NCBI GenBank assembly: GCA_039187035.1
Contig: JBCCZS010000001.1
Span: 2,284 to 66,283, forward strand
DNA length: 64,000 nucleotides
Origin: Pseudomonadota bacterium
GTDB lineage: Bacteria > Pseudomonadota > Alphaproteobacteria > Caulobacterales > Parvularculaceae
Direction: 5' to 3'
The notes under the pieces were generated by a model. It did no database searches. It was not told the DNA's origin and saw nothing but the letters and a program-made list of their open reading frames with translations. Positions 44,449-54,718 of the stretch are shown here, one piece after another (position 1 is the first letter of the stretch; each line of letters starts with the position of its first letter). The translations under genes and the position numbers were made by a program.

Positions 44449-44958
44449 CGATACGGATGAGCGGTCGCCGAACGGCGCTTGGAGACGTCTACAAGCGTAC
44501 TCGCGGCGCTCACGGCCCAAGCGGGCTTTCCCGGCGCCAGCGCGCCGGCGAGACGCGTAATCCTTGCGGCGTCTCTCCAAATACGCCGGCGATCAAAACC
44601 GCGCCGGCGACTTGAAGCCGGTTTTAGACGGCCGCGCCGGTCGATCGGCTTGATGTCGGTGCAAAGCCAAGGCGCTGAGCGAACCGGTCCGGCTACCCGG
44701 GGCGTCGCCTCTCGGCTTGGCTCCAGCGGCGTTTCGGCCGTCGGTTCCCGGCTGACCGTTGCGGGTACGGCCCCGGATTCGCCCCGGGTTCCCTCTTAGC
44801 CTTCATCGCGAAGGCGCCGTCAGGCGCAGGCGGTCTTGCACGCTCGCCGGCAAGTCAATAGCTCTCGCAGGCGTGTTGCAGAAACGCACGCCCGATAACG
44901 GGGCGGGCGCAAGGCGCTTCGCCGGAGCCTGCGCCGAGGCGGGAAAGCAGAGATCGAT

Positions 44959-46062
44959 ATGGACCTTCCTTGTTTCACCGTGACCGGCGACCCGGACGAA
45001 ATGGGTCGTCAGTACGGATCGCTTTGCGGAGACCGCATTCATGCGTTCGTCTCCAACAGGATGTCGGCGGTCGAGGCGTACCTTGGGGACAGGGGGTTTA
45101 ACGGCACGTCCGAGCTGATCGAAGCGGGCGCGCGGTGCCTGGAGATCGTCGGCGCGTTCGATCCGCGGGGGAGCCGGGAACACCGGGCGATCGCCGAGGG
45201 CGCGCAGATTGATCCGGTTCGCTTGTTCACCGCCGCCAACATGACCGACGTTCGCGACGTCATCATTCTCCCTGGCGATCCCGACGTCTTAGAAGACGAA
45301 GGCTGTACGGCCGCGCTCTTGCCGCCCGACGTCACCTCGGGGGGCGCGAGCCTCCAAGGACAGACTTGGGATCTCAACCCGCCGGACGTCCAATACGTGA
45401 TCGCGCTTCATCAGATCCCGGACGCGGGGCCGGAGACATGGACGGTCACGTGCGCCGGGTGTCAGACGCTCATGGGCATGAACGAGCATGGCGTGACGGT
45501 CGGCACCACCAACCTCAAGACCCGGGGCGCCCGGGTGGGCGTACCATACCTCTCGGTTCTTCATCTGGCGCTTCGGCAAACGTCGCTGGAAGCCGCGAGC
45601 GCCGTGGTGGAAAACGCCCCCGTCGCCGGCAGCCATTCCTATTGGATCGGCGACAAGAGCCGCGCGATCGAATGGGAACGCACGCCGACCGCCGCTTACG
45701 CCCGGACGACGGAAAACGGGGCGCTCGTGCGCTCAAACCACTGCCTTTTCGATGAGAACATACGGCTTGAAACGGATCTTTCGGAAAGCACCCATGCGCG
45801 GTTTGACCGGATGCGCACGCTGATCGACCAGTCCGATCGCCACACGACGGCGTCGATGATCGAGATGTTCGCCGACCGGTCCGACGGCCGTTTGGGCGTC
45901 AACCGGTTTCCGGAGGACCAATCGGGCGCGGCGACGAACGCCGTCGTCGCCATGAACCCCGCCTTTTTGGTGTTCCGCGCCTGCCGGGGTAACGCGTTTA
46001 ATGGGGTTTGGACGACGCTTCGCTTCGAACGCGCGCCCCGCGCGCGCGGCGGCGCGGGCTAA
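44959..46062 (+). CDS. C45 family peptidase / acyl-CoA:6-APA acyltransferase-like Ntn hydrolase
   Basis: N-terminal GDPDEMGRQYG and the candidate autoprocessing/nucleophile site EDEGCTAALL. Confidence 0.8.
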   Translation: MDLPCFTVTGDPDEMGRQYGSLCGDRIHAFVSNRMSAVEAYLGDRGFNGTSELIEAGARCLEIVGAFDPRGSREHRAIAEGAQIDPVRLFTAANMTDVRDVIILPGDPDVLEDEGCTAALLPPDVTSGGASLQGQTWDLNPPDVQYVIALHQIPDAGPETWTVTCAGCQTLMGMNEHGVTVGTTNLKTRGARVGVPYLSVLHLALRQTSLEAASAVVENAPVAGSHSYWIGDKSRAIEWERTPTAAYARTTENGALVRSNHCLFDENIRLETDLSESTHARFDRMRTLIDQSDRHTTASMIEMFADRSDGRLGVNRFPEDQSGAATNAVVAMNPAFLVFRACRGNAFNGVWTTLRFERAPRARGGAG

Positions 46063-46373
46063 AACTTCTCTTTTTGAATGACTTCGATCGGCGACAGGTA
46101 GACGATGCCGGAATACTCGCTGAAATAACTGTCGGCGATTTCGGTCGCCAGCGCCCGCGCCACGTCGTCTTTCGCGAAGATCGCTTCGATCCGGATGATC
46201 GAAAAGGCCTTGACCACGGTTGCTCTGTCGCCGGAGCGAAGGAAATGCTCGCCCTTCCCGCTCCCGTCGACGATCGTGTAGCCCGTCGCGCCGGCGGCTT
46301 CGATCTTCGCGATCAGGCTTTTTTGGAGAAGGCGCTCGGCGACGATCGTGATTTTGCTAGCTGGGTGAAACAT
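46059..46373 (-). CDS. sbtB: PII-like signalling protein SbtB
   Basis: It aligns by eye along its whole length with cyanobacterial SbtB (KITIVAERLLQKSLIAKIEAAGATGYTIV..GSGKG......IRIEAIF....A..LATEIADSYFSEYSGIVYL). It lies directly downstream of sbtA. Confidence 0.75.
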   Translation of the reverse strand: MFHPASKITIVAERLLQKSLIAKIEAAGATGYTIVDGSGKGEHFLRSGDRATVVKAFSIIRIEAIFAKDDVARALATEIADSYFSEYSGIVYLSPIEVIQKEKF

Positions 46374-46400
46374 AGATCCTTCCGTAGGCGCTTGCAGCGA

Positions 46401-47432
46401 TCACGCGAAAACAATCTCTGAGAGGGCGACGAAAAACGGGATGCAGACGGCGATCGCCACCGGCGTCCCGACGCTCGTCGACGAACCGATATAGGCGGCG
46501 GGATTTGCGCTTGGAATGCCGGCCCGCAAGGTGGGCGGCCCCGAGATGTCGGAATTCGACGCCGCGATAACCGCAAGGATCACGGCGCCGCCCGGACTGA
46601 AGCCCACGGTTTCGTGCGCGATCCAGCCGAGCCCGAAACCGATGAAACCGTGCACGATCGGCGCGACGACGGCGTAAAGCAGATACCAATGCGCCACGCG
46701 GCGCAGCTCCGCCAATCGCGACCAGGCCTCCATTCCCATGATCAGCATCAAAATGGAGAGAAAGCCCCGAAACAAGGGCTTATAGAATTCCTCGTGAACG
46801 GATGCGGGTTGGGCGACCAGCCCCAAAACCAGCCCCAAAATAAGCGCGGACAGTGCGGAGCCCTGCAAACTGTCGACGACGATGCTCCTGACGCCAATGT
46901 TTTCCGATCGCGCCGCTTTCCGGACCTTTCCCGACGCCGATCCCAGTCGCGCAAGCACGATCGCCAACACTAACGCGGGGATGTCCATGAACGGATAGAG
47001 CGCGGGCGCCCAGGCTTCAAAGTCGATCGCCCGCTCGTCGAGGACGATCATCGCGGCCGCAAGCGTTGAAGCGCTGACCGCGCCGAAAAGCCCCGACGTC
47101 GCCAAGGCGTCCGCGCGGCTAACGCCCGGCAGCCGCATCAGCGTGACGAGGCCGATAAGAACGCACGCGCAGCCCGCGACCGCCGCAAAGAGCGCCGGCA
47201 GCGCCAGCGCGCCCAGGTTGGCCTCGCGGATCTCCATCCCGCCCTCAAGCCCGATCGACATGAGCAGTATAAAGACGATAAAGCGATAGATCGCGTCGGG
47301 AATGGAGAGCCGGCTCCCCGTGGCCCCCAAAGCCATCCCGCCGAGGAGAAACGCAAGCGTCGGCGATCGCAACTGCGCCAGAAAATTCTCACCAAACGAT
47401 AGGGCGAAATCCACGGCGACCTCAGCGTACAT
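46401..47432 (-). CDS. sbtA: Sodium-dependent bicarbonate transporter family permease SbtA
   Basis: Strong identity blocks with cyanobacterial SbtA: LRSPTLAFLLGGMALGA, ALYPFMDIPALV, PLFRGFLSILMLIMGMEAWSRLAELRRVAHWY, SDISGPPTLRAGIPSANPAAYIGSST. Confidence 0.85.
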   Translation of the reverse strand: MYAEVAVDFALSFGENFLAQLRSPTLAFLLGGMALGATGSRLSIPDAIYRFIVFILLMSIGLEGGMEIREANLGALALPALFAAVAGCACVLIGLVTLMRLPGVSRADALATSGLFGAVSASTLAAAMIVLDERAIDFEAWAPALYPFMDIPALVLAIVLARLGSASGKVRKAARSENIGVRSIVVDSLQGSALSALILGLVLGLVAQPASVHEEFYKPLFRGFLSILMLIMGMEAWSRLAELRRVAHWYLLYAVVAPIVHGFIGFGLGWIAHETVGFSPGGAVILAVIAASNSDISGPPTLRAGIPSANPAAYIGSSTSVGTPVAIAVCIPFFVALSEIVFA

Positions 47433-47789
47433 CGAGCCGCCCCGCTCCCGGCGGGTCGACACGGGATCCGATCGAACAGCGCGCGCCGGACACCGCGCGG
47501 CTTGGCGCGCCGCGCGCGGCTGTGCGGCGCCAACGACGACGCGCGCCTGCAAACGGGCGAACCCGCCGCGGAACGACGACGCGACGACGATCTTTACCGG
47601 GCGTCGCCGCGCCTACGCAAACGCCCTCGCCGATCGCTGGCCCCGCATCCGATTTCACCGGCGCAGGCGGCGAAACCATGCGCGCGTTGGGAACGACGCG
47701 ATTGTCGCGCTCGAAGACCGTTTTGTGATAAACGCCGTTTTCTTGCGTCGTCGCCCGCAGAGCGGCGCCGTAGCTGAGAGGCCCGCGAA

Positions 47790-48863
47790 ATGGACACGGT
47801 CGATCTTGAAGAGACGTCGCGGCGTCTGCCCGTCTCGGTGATATCCGGGTTTTTGGGCAGCGGGAAAACGACGTTGCTCAACCATCTGTTGGGGCGGCCC
47901 GAGCTCGCGCGAACGCTGGTGATCGTCAACGAGTTCGGCGAGATCGGGCTCGACCATCAACTCATGGCGCACAGCGCGGACGACGTCGTCGTCGAAATGT
48001 CGAACGGGTGCTTTTGCTGCACCCTTCGGCGCGATCTCGCCAAGACGTTGCGCGAAGCGCCGTGGCGCTTTTCGCGGGGCGGGGCGCTGTGGTTCGATCG
48101 CGTCGTGATTGAGACGACCGGCATCGCCGATCCCGCCCCGATCATCAACACGCTGATGAGCGATCCGAAGATCGCGGAGCGTTATCGATTGGACGGCGTC
48201 GTCGTCACGGTCGATGCGGCGAACGGCGAGGAGACGCTCGATCGCCAGATAGAGGCCGTCAAACAGGCGGCCGTCGCCGATCGTTTGGTCCTGACAAAGA
48301 CGGATCTTGTGAACGACGACGCTTTACGCCGCCTGCAAGATCGATTGCGGGTCTTAAACCCGGCCGCGCCCCATTTGGCCGCACAACACGGCGTCGTTGA
48401 TCCCGCGTCTCTGTTTGACGCCGGTCTCTACGACCCGAAAACAAAGAGCTTCGACGTTCAGAATTGGCTCAAAGCGGAAGCCTACAACGATGCCGAAGGA
48501 GGCGGGGGTGGAGCTGCCGGGCGAGCGCGGATGCGCCGACACGCCGAAGACATCCAGTCGGTCTGCCTAACGATTGACGAACCCGTCCGCCAAGGCGCGA
48601 TCGATCGCTGGTTCGACGCGCTGCGCCATCTTAAGGGTGCGGACTTTTTGCGAATGAAAGGCCTCATAAACGTCGCCGACCGAGATGGCCCGACCGTCGT
48701 GCACGGCGTTCAGCACATTTTCCATCCTGTCGTCGCCTTGAAGGAATGGCCGAGCGAAGACCGCCGTTCACGGATCGTCTTCATCACGCGCGATATCGAC
48801 GAAGCGGCGTTGCGCGACACGCTCTCGACGCTTACTGGCGCCGGCGGCCCGCCGCACCAGTAG
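47790..48863 (+). CDS. CobW/COG0523 family G3E GTPase (metal chaperone)
   Basis: P-loop GFLGSGKTTLLNHLL, CxCC motif GCFCCTL, and a CobW C-terminal domain. Confidence 0.9.
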   Translation: MDTVDLEETSRRLPVSVISGFLGSGKTTLLNHLLGRPELARTLVIVNEFGEIGLDHQLMAHSADDVVVEMSNGCFCCTLRRDLAKTLREAPWRFSRGGALWFDRVVIETTGIADPAPIINTLMSDPKIAERYRLDGVVVTVDAANGEETLDRQIEAVKQAAVADRLVLTKTDLVNDDALRRLQDRLRVLNPAAPHLAAQHGVVDPASLFDAGLYDPKTKSFDVQNWLKAEAYNDAEGGGGGAAGRARMRRHAEDIQSVCLTIDEPVRQGAIDRWFDALRHLKGADFLRMKGLINVADRDGPTVVHGVQHIFHPVVALKEWPSEDRRSRIVFITRDIDEAALRDTLSTLTGAGGPPHQ

Positions 48864-49093
48864 GGTCTGGGCGGTCCGGCCGGAACGCCCGCGATCTTCG
48901 CGGGAAGCCGCCGCTATCGGCGACCGACATCGCCGGCGCCTCAAATCATCGTCGTCCGCCATGCCGCAAAGGCTTGCGCGTCCGAGCGGGCGCGATCTTT
49001 GGGCAGATTGTCACAAGCCGGGGGCGCACCGTTCTGTTGCATCGCAACGAGGTTATCGGCCATGCTTCGGCGCTCCGCAAAACAGGCTCGGAT

Positions 49094-50686
49094 ATGTCGA
49101 TATCAGTGTGGACGGTTTGGTTGGTCGCGTGTTTCTCCGCCTGCTGCATGGCGTCGTCGTCGTCGGCGGCGGCGGCGCAAATCCTCTACCGAGGGAACGA
49201 CGGCGACCCCGAAACCCTCGACCACCACGGCACGTCGGTCATCTCAGAATCGAGGCTCATGGACGATCTTTATTCGGGCTTGGTCGATTTCTCGGCGAGC
49301 GCGACGGTCGCGCCGGGCACGGCGGAGCGGTGGGACATCTCCGAGGACGGGCTGACGTATACGTTCTATCTGCGAGAAAATGCGGCGTGGTCGAACGGCG
49401 ATCCCGTTACGGCGCAGGATTTCGTATTCAGCTATCGCCGCCTCATGAACCCGGCGACGAACGCGAAATACGCCACCATCCTCTACCCGATCAAAAACGC
49501 TGAGAAGGTCAATACCGGCGCATTGGAGCCCGCCGCGTTAGGCGTAAGGGCGATTGACGCGCGAACCTTGGAAATCACGCTTGAGCAGCCCACCCCCTAC
49601 TTCCTCGACCAGTTGACCCACCAGACCGGCAAGCCGCTCCACCAGGCGTCGGTCGAGGCGCTTGGCGACCAGTTCGTCAAGCCCGGCAATATGGTGACCA
49701 ACGGCGCTTATGTTCTTGCCGAGTTCGTCCTCAATGATCGGATCGTGATGCGCAAAAACGACTATTTCTATGATGCGGACAACGTCGCGATCGAGGAAGT
49801 CCATTATATTCCGTTCGAAGATCGCGCGACGTGCGTGCGTGCATGGGAGGCGGAAGAAGTGCACGTCTGTTCGGATCTTCCGGCCCAAGATCTTCAACGG
49901 CTCGCGCGGTATGGGGACGCGTTGAAAGTCGAGCCTTATCTTGGGACGTATTTCTACGCGTTCGACACGACGGACGAGATTTTGTCCGATCCAGAGGTCC
50001 GCCGCGCCATGTCGATGGTGGTGGATCGCGAGTTTCTCGCCGACGAGATTTGGCCGGGCATGATCCCTGCCGCGAGCCTCGTGCCTGTGGGCATCAACAA
50101 TTACCCGGGCGGCTCGCCGGTTACGGACTATTTCGGCATGTCGATGTTGGACCGAGAAGACGAGGCCGCGGCGATCATGGCGCGCAAAGGCGTCACGAAG
50201 AAAAATCCGATCACGATCGAGTTTATGTACAATAGCGGCGAGAATCACAAAAATACTGCGACGGCGATCGCCGACATGTGGTCCCATATCGGCATCAACG
50301 TCACCTATAAAATACGGGATGTCGCGGCGCATTACGCCTACCTTAGAGACCGGGGGAAAATGCAGGTCGCGCGCGCCGGTTGGATCGGCGATTATTCCGA
50401 CCCCCACAATTTTCTGTTTCTCTTGGAGTCCCATAATACGGGCTTTAACTACGCGAAGTATGAAAACCCGGACTATGATGCGATCATGGCGCGCGCGGCG
50501 AACGAGTTGGATCTTGTAAAACGTGCGGACATCCTGCGTGAGGCCGAGCGGATCGTCATGCGCGATACGCCTTTTCTGACGATCTTCTATTATTCCTCGT
50601 TCGGTCTCGTGTCCCCTAAGATCCGCGGATGGGAAAGCAACGTCATGAACAAAAACCTGACGCGTTACCTGACGTTGGACGACTAG
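49094..50686 (+). CDS. Peptide/oligopeptide ABC transporter substrate-binding protein (family 5)
   Basis: Signal MSISVWTVWLVACFSACCMASSSSAAA, then SBP_bac_5-type motifs (TYTFYLRENAAWSNGDPVTAQDFVFSYRR). Confidence 0.9.
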   Translation: MSISVWTVWLVACFSACCMASSSSAAAAQILYRGNDGDPETLDHHGTSVISESRLMDDLYSGLVDFSASATVAPGTAERWDISEDGLTYTFYLRENAAWSNGDPVTAQDFVFSYRRLMNPATNAKYATILYPIKNAEKVNTGALEPAALGVRAIDARTLEITLEQPTPYFLDQLTHQTGKPLHQASVEALGDQFVKPGNMVTNGAYVLAEFVLNDRIVMRKNDYFYDADNVAIEEVHYIPFEDRATCVRAWEAEEVHVCSDLPAQDLQRLARYGDALKVEPYLGTYFYAFDTTDEILSDPEVRRAMSMVVDREFLADEIWPGMIPAASLVPVGINNYPGGSPVTDYFGMSMLDREDEAAAIMARKGVTKKNPITIEFMYNSGENHKNTATAIADMWSHIGINVTYKIRDVAAHYAYLRDRGKMQVARAGWIGDYSDPHNFLFLLESHNTGFNYAKYENPDYDAIMARAANELDLVKRADILREAERIVMRDTPFLTIFYYSSFGLVSPKIRGWESNVMNKNLTRYLTLDD

Positions 50687-50738
50687 ACCTCATGATCTTG
50701 ACGACACGGCGCCGTCGGATCTCCGGCCGGAGACTCCC

Positions 50739-51656
50739 ATGCTGAATTACACGTTGAAGCGGCTGCTGACGATTGTTCCCACGCTGTTCGTCATCATCAC
50801 GCTGACGTTTTTCTTGATGCGCGTGGCGCCCGGCGGGCCGTTCGACGAAGAACGCCCGCTCGCGCCCGCCGTTCTTGAGAACATTCGGGCGAGCTACGGG
50901 CTCGATAAGCCGCTGGTCGAGCAGTACTGGACCTATATGGGCAATCTGTTGCGGGGCGATCTCGGCCCGTCCTTCGTTTACAGGGACAAGCGCGTACACG
51001 AAGTGTTGGGCGAAGGCTTGCCGATCTCGATGACGCTCGGCGCGACGGCGCTGACGATCGCGCTGATCCTAGGCGTGCTGCTCGGCACGATTGCGGCGCT
51101 GAACCAGAACAAGCGCGCCGACTACGTGATCGTGACGTTCGCGACGTTCGGCATCACCATCCCGAATTACGTGTTGGCGCCCGTCCTGACGCTGATTTTC
51201 GCGCTCTCGTTCAACCTTCTGCCGGCGACGGGCTGGGGGACGCCGTCGCAAATGGTCCTGCCGGTTCTCTCGCTCGCATTGCCGCAAGTGGCGATCATCA
51301 CGCGTCTGATGCGCGGGGCGATGCTGGAGGCGTTGAAATCCGACCATGTCAGGACGGCGCGCGCCTACGGGCTGCCGTTGACGCGGGTCGTCGGCAAACA
51401 TGCGCTACGGTCGGCGTTCATCCCGGTGCTGACCTATATCGGCCCCGCCGCGGCGGCGTTGCTGACCGGATCGATCGTCGTTGAGCAAATCTTCAATATC
51501 CCCGGCATCGGGCGGTATTTCGTCACGAGCGCCCTCAACCGCGATTATACGATGGTGATGGGGACGGTCGTGATCGTCGCGACGTTTATCCTGGTCTTCA
51601 ACCTGATCATCGACCTCCTTTATTCCGTCCTCGACCCGCGGGTGCGCTATGAGTAG
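50739..51656 (+). CDS. ABC transporter permease (OppB/DppB-like)
   Basis: MLNYTLKRLLTIVPTLFVIITLTFFLMRVAPGGPF and the EAA-loop region. Confidence 0.9.
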   Translation: MLNYTLKRLLTIVPTLFVIITLTFFLMRVAPGGPFDEERPLAPAVLENIRASYGLDKPLVEQYWTYMGNLLRGDLGPSFVYRDKRVHEVLGEGLPISMTLGATALTIALILGVLLGTIAALNQNKRADYVIVTFATFGITIPNYVLAPVLTLIFALSFNLLPATGWGTPSQMVLPVLSLALPQVAIITRLMRGAMLEALKSDHVRTARAYGLPLTRVVGKHALRSAFIPVLTYIGPAAAALLTGSIVVEQIFNIPGIGRYFVTSALNRDYTMVMGTVVIVATFILVFNLIIDLLYSVLDPRVRYE

Positions 51657-52782
51657 TTCGTCGGCCGCTCCGGCCGCGGACGGCCCCGCCGGCCGTTCGC
51701 TTCTCGACACCGCCTTCTTGCGGCTGAAGCGGAACCGCGCCGCCATGGCGTCTCTTTGGGTGGTCGTCGCCTTGACGTTGGCGGCGATATTCGGCCCGAT
51801 GCTGTCGCCGCATCCGTACACTGAAGTCTACAACAGCTTCGTCGGGGCCAAGCCCTCTCTCGCCCCCTATCCGAGGGACGACCAGATCGTCCCGATCGCG
51901 GAGCGGGCGCTCAAACGAGCGCGCGTCGATGTTGAAGCGATCGACGCCTCGGGCGGTCGGATCGAGATCGACATCGTCAACCGGACGGACGACGCGCTCG
52001 ATCCGCGGATCACCCGCTATCTCGTCCGTTCGGACGTGTTCGACGACGTCGACATGGCCGTCAAGGAAGGCGACGCAACCCGGGCCCGCATGACGGCGGA
52101 CGTGAAGTCGCTCTACTTTTTGATGGGGACGGATCAAAACGGCCGCGATCTTCTGACCCGTATCCTGATATCGCTGCGCATTTCGCTGCTTGTGGCCGGG
52201 CTCGCGACCGGCGTCGCGCTGCTGATCGGGGTGACATACGGGTCTGTTGCGGGTTTTGTCGGCGGTCAGGTCGACAATGTCATGATGCGCCTCGTCGACC
52301 TCTTATATTCGCTTCCCTTCGTGTTCTTCGTCATCTTGCTGGTGGTCTTTTTCGGCAACAACATCATTCTGATTTTCATCGCCATCGGCGCGATCGAATG
52401 GCTTGATATGGCGCGGATCGTCCGGGGGCAAACGTTGCAGCTTAAACAGAAAGAGTTCGTTCAAGCCTCGCAGGCCCTGGGCGTCGGCAGGCCGGACATC
52501 ATCAAGCGCCACATTATCCCGAACGTCGCGGGCACGGTGGCCGTCTACGTGACGTTGCTCATTCCCAAAGTGATCTTGCTGGAGAGTTTTCTTAGCTTTC
52601 TCGGATTGGGCGTGCAGGAGCCGTTGACGTCGCTCGGCGTTCTAATCGCCGAGGGCGCGCGCTATATGCGCAACGACACTTACATGTTGGTCTTCCCGGC
52701 GCTGACGATGTCGGCGCTTCTCTTTGCACTGAATTTTTTGGGCGACGGGTTGCGTGACGCGCTAGACCCTAAGGATCGGTAA
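51649..52782 (+). CDS. ABC transporter permease (OppC/DppC-like)
   Basis: 8-nt overlap with the upstream permease. GTDQNGRDLLTRIL motif and the binding-protein-dependent transport signature. Confidence 0.9.
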   Translation: MSSSSAAPAADGPAGRSLLDTAFLRLKRNRAAMASLWVVVALTLAAIFGPMLSPHPYTEVYNSFVGAKPSLAPYPRDDQIVPIAERALKRARVDVEAIDASGGRIEIDIVNRTDDALDPRITRYLVRSDVFDDVDMAVKEGDATRARMTADVKSLYFLMGTDQNGRDLLTRILISLRISLLVAGLATGVALLIGVTYGSVAGFVGGQVDNVMMRLVDLLYSLPFVFFVILLVVFFGNNIILIFIAIGAIEWLDMARIVRGQTLQLKQKEFVQASQALGVGRPDIIKRHIIPNVAGTVAVYVTLLIPKVILLESFLSFLGLGVQEPLTSLGVLIAEGARYMRNDTYMLVFPALTMSALLFALNFLGDGLRDALDPKDR

Positions 52783-52783
52783 G

Positions 52784-54430
52784 ATGAGCGACGGCGCGCC
52801 TTCTCCGCCCGTATTGGACGTTCAGGACCTGCGGGTCGATTTTGAGACCCCGGACGGGCCCGTCCACGCGGTGCGCGGCGTCTCCATGGCGGTGGCCCCG
52901 GGCGAAGTCGTCGCGATTGTGGGCGAAAGCGGCTCCGGCAAAAGCCAAATCGCCATGAGCGCGCTCGGGATCCTCGCCTCGAACGGCCGCGCGTCAGGCA
53001 AGATCGCGTTCCAAGGGCGCGACCTTCTCGGTCTGTCGCGCCGCGAGATGAACGACATCCGCGGCGTTCGGATCGCGATGATCTTTCAGGAGCCGATGAC
53101 GTCCCTCGACCCGCTCTACTACGTCGGCGATCAAATCATTGAACTCCTGACGATCCATAAGGGCATGACCAAATCGCAGGCGCGGTCAAAAGCGCTCGAA
53201 TTGCTTCGATTGGTTCAGATCCCGGAGCCGGAACGACGCATGCGGTCTTATCCGACTGAGCTGTCCGGGGGACAGCGCCAGCGCGTCATGATCGCGATGG
53301 CGCTCGCGAACGAACCCGATCTGTTGATTGCGGACGAGCCGACGACGGCGCTCGACGTGACGACCCAGGCCGGCATTCTGCAACTCCTCGCCTCCCTCAA
53401 TCGCGAGCTTGGGATGAGCATCGTGTTCATCACGCACGATCTCGGCATCGTCGAGGCGTTCGCCGATCGCGTATACGTCATGCAGAAAGGCGAACTCAAA
53501 GAAGCCGGAACGACTGAGGCGATCTTTGAAAATCCGCAAACGGCCTATACGAAAGCGCTGTTGGCGGCTGAGCCCAAGGGCGCCAAGCCGCCGGTCGCGG
53601 ACGCCGTCGACATTGTTCTTGATGCGAAGAATATCGACGTCGTTTACGGGTCGGCCGCCGGGTTCCTTCGAAAAGACACGCGCTTTCAAGCCGTAAAGGG
53701 GGTCGGCCTCAAGCTCCGCGAGGGCCAGACGGTGGGGCTTGTCGGCGAGAGCGGCTCCGGCAAGTCGACGCTGGGGCGCGCCTTGCTGCGTTTGACGCAA
53801 AGCGCCGGCGACATCGTCTATCTCGGCCGGGATCTCCAGAGCCTGCCGGCGAACGATATGAAGCCCCTGCGCAAAGAGCTTCAGATGGTCTTCCAAGATC
53901 CGTACGGATCGCTATCTCCGCGCATGACGGTGCTCGATATCGTCGAGGAAGGGATCCGCACCCACGCGCCGCACCTCGACAAAGCCGAACGGGACGCCCA
54001 AGCGCTCGACGTGCTTAAGAAAGTCGGGTTGGACGCGTCGGTCAGAAACCGATTTCCGCACGAATTTTCCGGCGGGCAACGCCAACGCATCGCCATTGCG
54101 CGCGCGATGGTCCTCAAGCCGCGCGTCGTCGTCCTCGACGAGCCGACGTCGGCGCTGGACCGGACCGTGCAGACCGAGGTGATCGACCTCCTGCGTAAGC
54201 TGCAGTCGGAATTTGCGCTGTCCTACGTCTTCATCAGTCACGATCTTGCGGTCGTGCGGGCGATGGCCGACTATGTGATGGTGATGCGTGCAGGGACGAT
54301 CGTTGAGGAGGGGATCACCGAGCAGATTTTCGATCACCCTCGGGAGGATTACACCCGAAGCTTGATCGCGAGCTCGTTCAACCTCAAAGATCTCCTGCGC
54401 CTGAGCGGCGATCGGTCGGCGGCCGAATAA
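52784..54430 (+). CDS. ABC transporter ATP-binding protein, duplicated ATPase domains
   Basis: Two Walker A sites ([18 protein letters not shown]), two LSGGQRQR signatures, and two Walker B sites ([16 protein letters not shown]). Confidence 0.95.
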   Translation: MSDGAPSPPVLDVQDLRVDFETPDGPVHAVRGVSMAVAPGEVVAIVGESGSGKSQIAMSALGILASNGRASGKIAFQGRDLLGLSRREMNDIRGVRIAMIFQEPMTSLDPLYYVGDQIIELLTIHKGMTKSQARSKALELLRLVQIPEPERRMRSYPTELSGGQRQRVMIAMALANEPDLLIADEPTTALDVTTQAGILQLLASLNRELGMSIVFITHDLGIVEAFADRVYVMQKGELKEAGTTEAIFENPQTAYTKALLAAEPKGAKPPVADAVDIVLDAKNIDVVYGSAAGFLRKDTRFQAVKGVGLKLREGQTVGLVGESGSGKSTLGRALLRLTQSAGDIVYLGRDLQSLPANDMKPLRKELQMVFQDPYGSLSPRMTVLDIVEEGIRTHAPHLDKAERDAQALDVLKKVGLDASVRNRFPHEFSGGQRQRIAIARAMVLKPRVVVLDEPTSALDRTVQTEVIDLLRKLQSEFALSYVFISHDLAVVRAMADYVMVMRAGTIVEEGITEQIFDHPREDYTRSLIASSFNLKDLLRLSGDRSAAE

Positions 54431-54718
54431 GGCGAACGGCGTGTCGGCCTTACGCGCCGCGCCGCGACGTGCACAACACGTTGAACACGCTGCCTTTCGC
54501 CTTTCAACGGCGCGCGCAGTGAGTTTCGTACGGAAAAGTCGTCACGATACGGATCGTATAATCGCCTGTGACGGGGGATCGCCTTCGCGCGTCGACATGC
54601 GCCGGCTGCGCCGGAGCGCGGGGCGGTTTGCGTCGCGGCGTTTGTTGCGCGCTTGCTTTCGACGGGCGGGCCCGCCTAAGAATCGAGCGGTCGGCAGGGT
54701 CGGAGAGGGCGGGGCGAC

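Noticed and set aside
48888-48904. Hairpin CCCGCGA-TCT-TCGCGGG after the COG0523 gene, considered as a terminator.
   Set aside because: The stem is 7 bp with a 3-nt loop and no U-tract. That is too weak to call.
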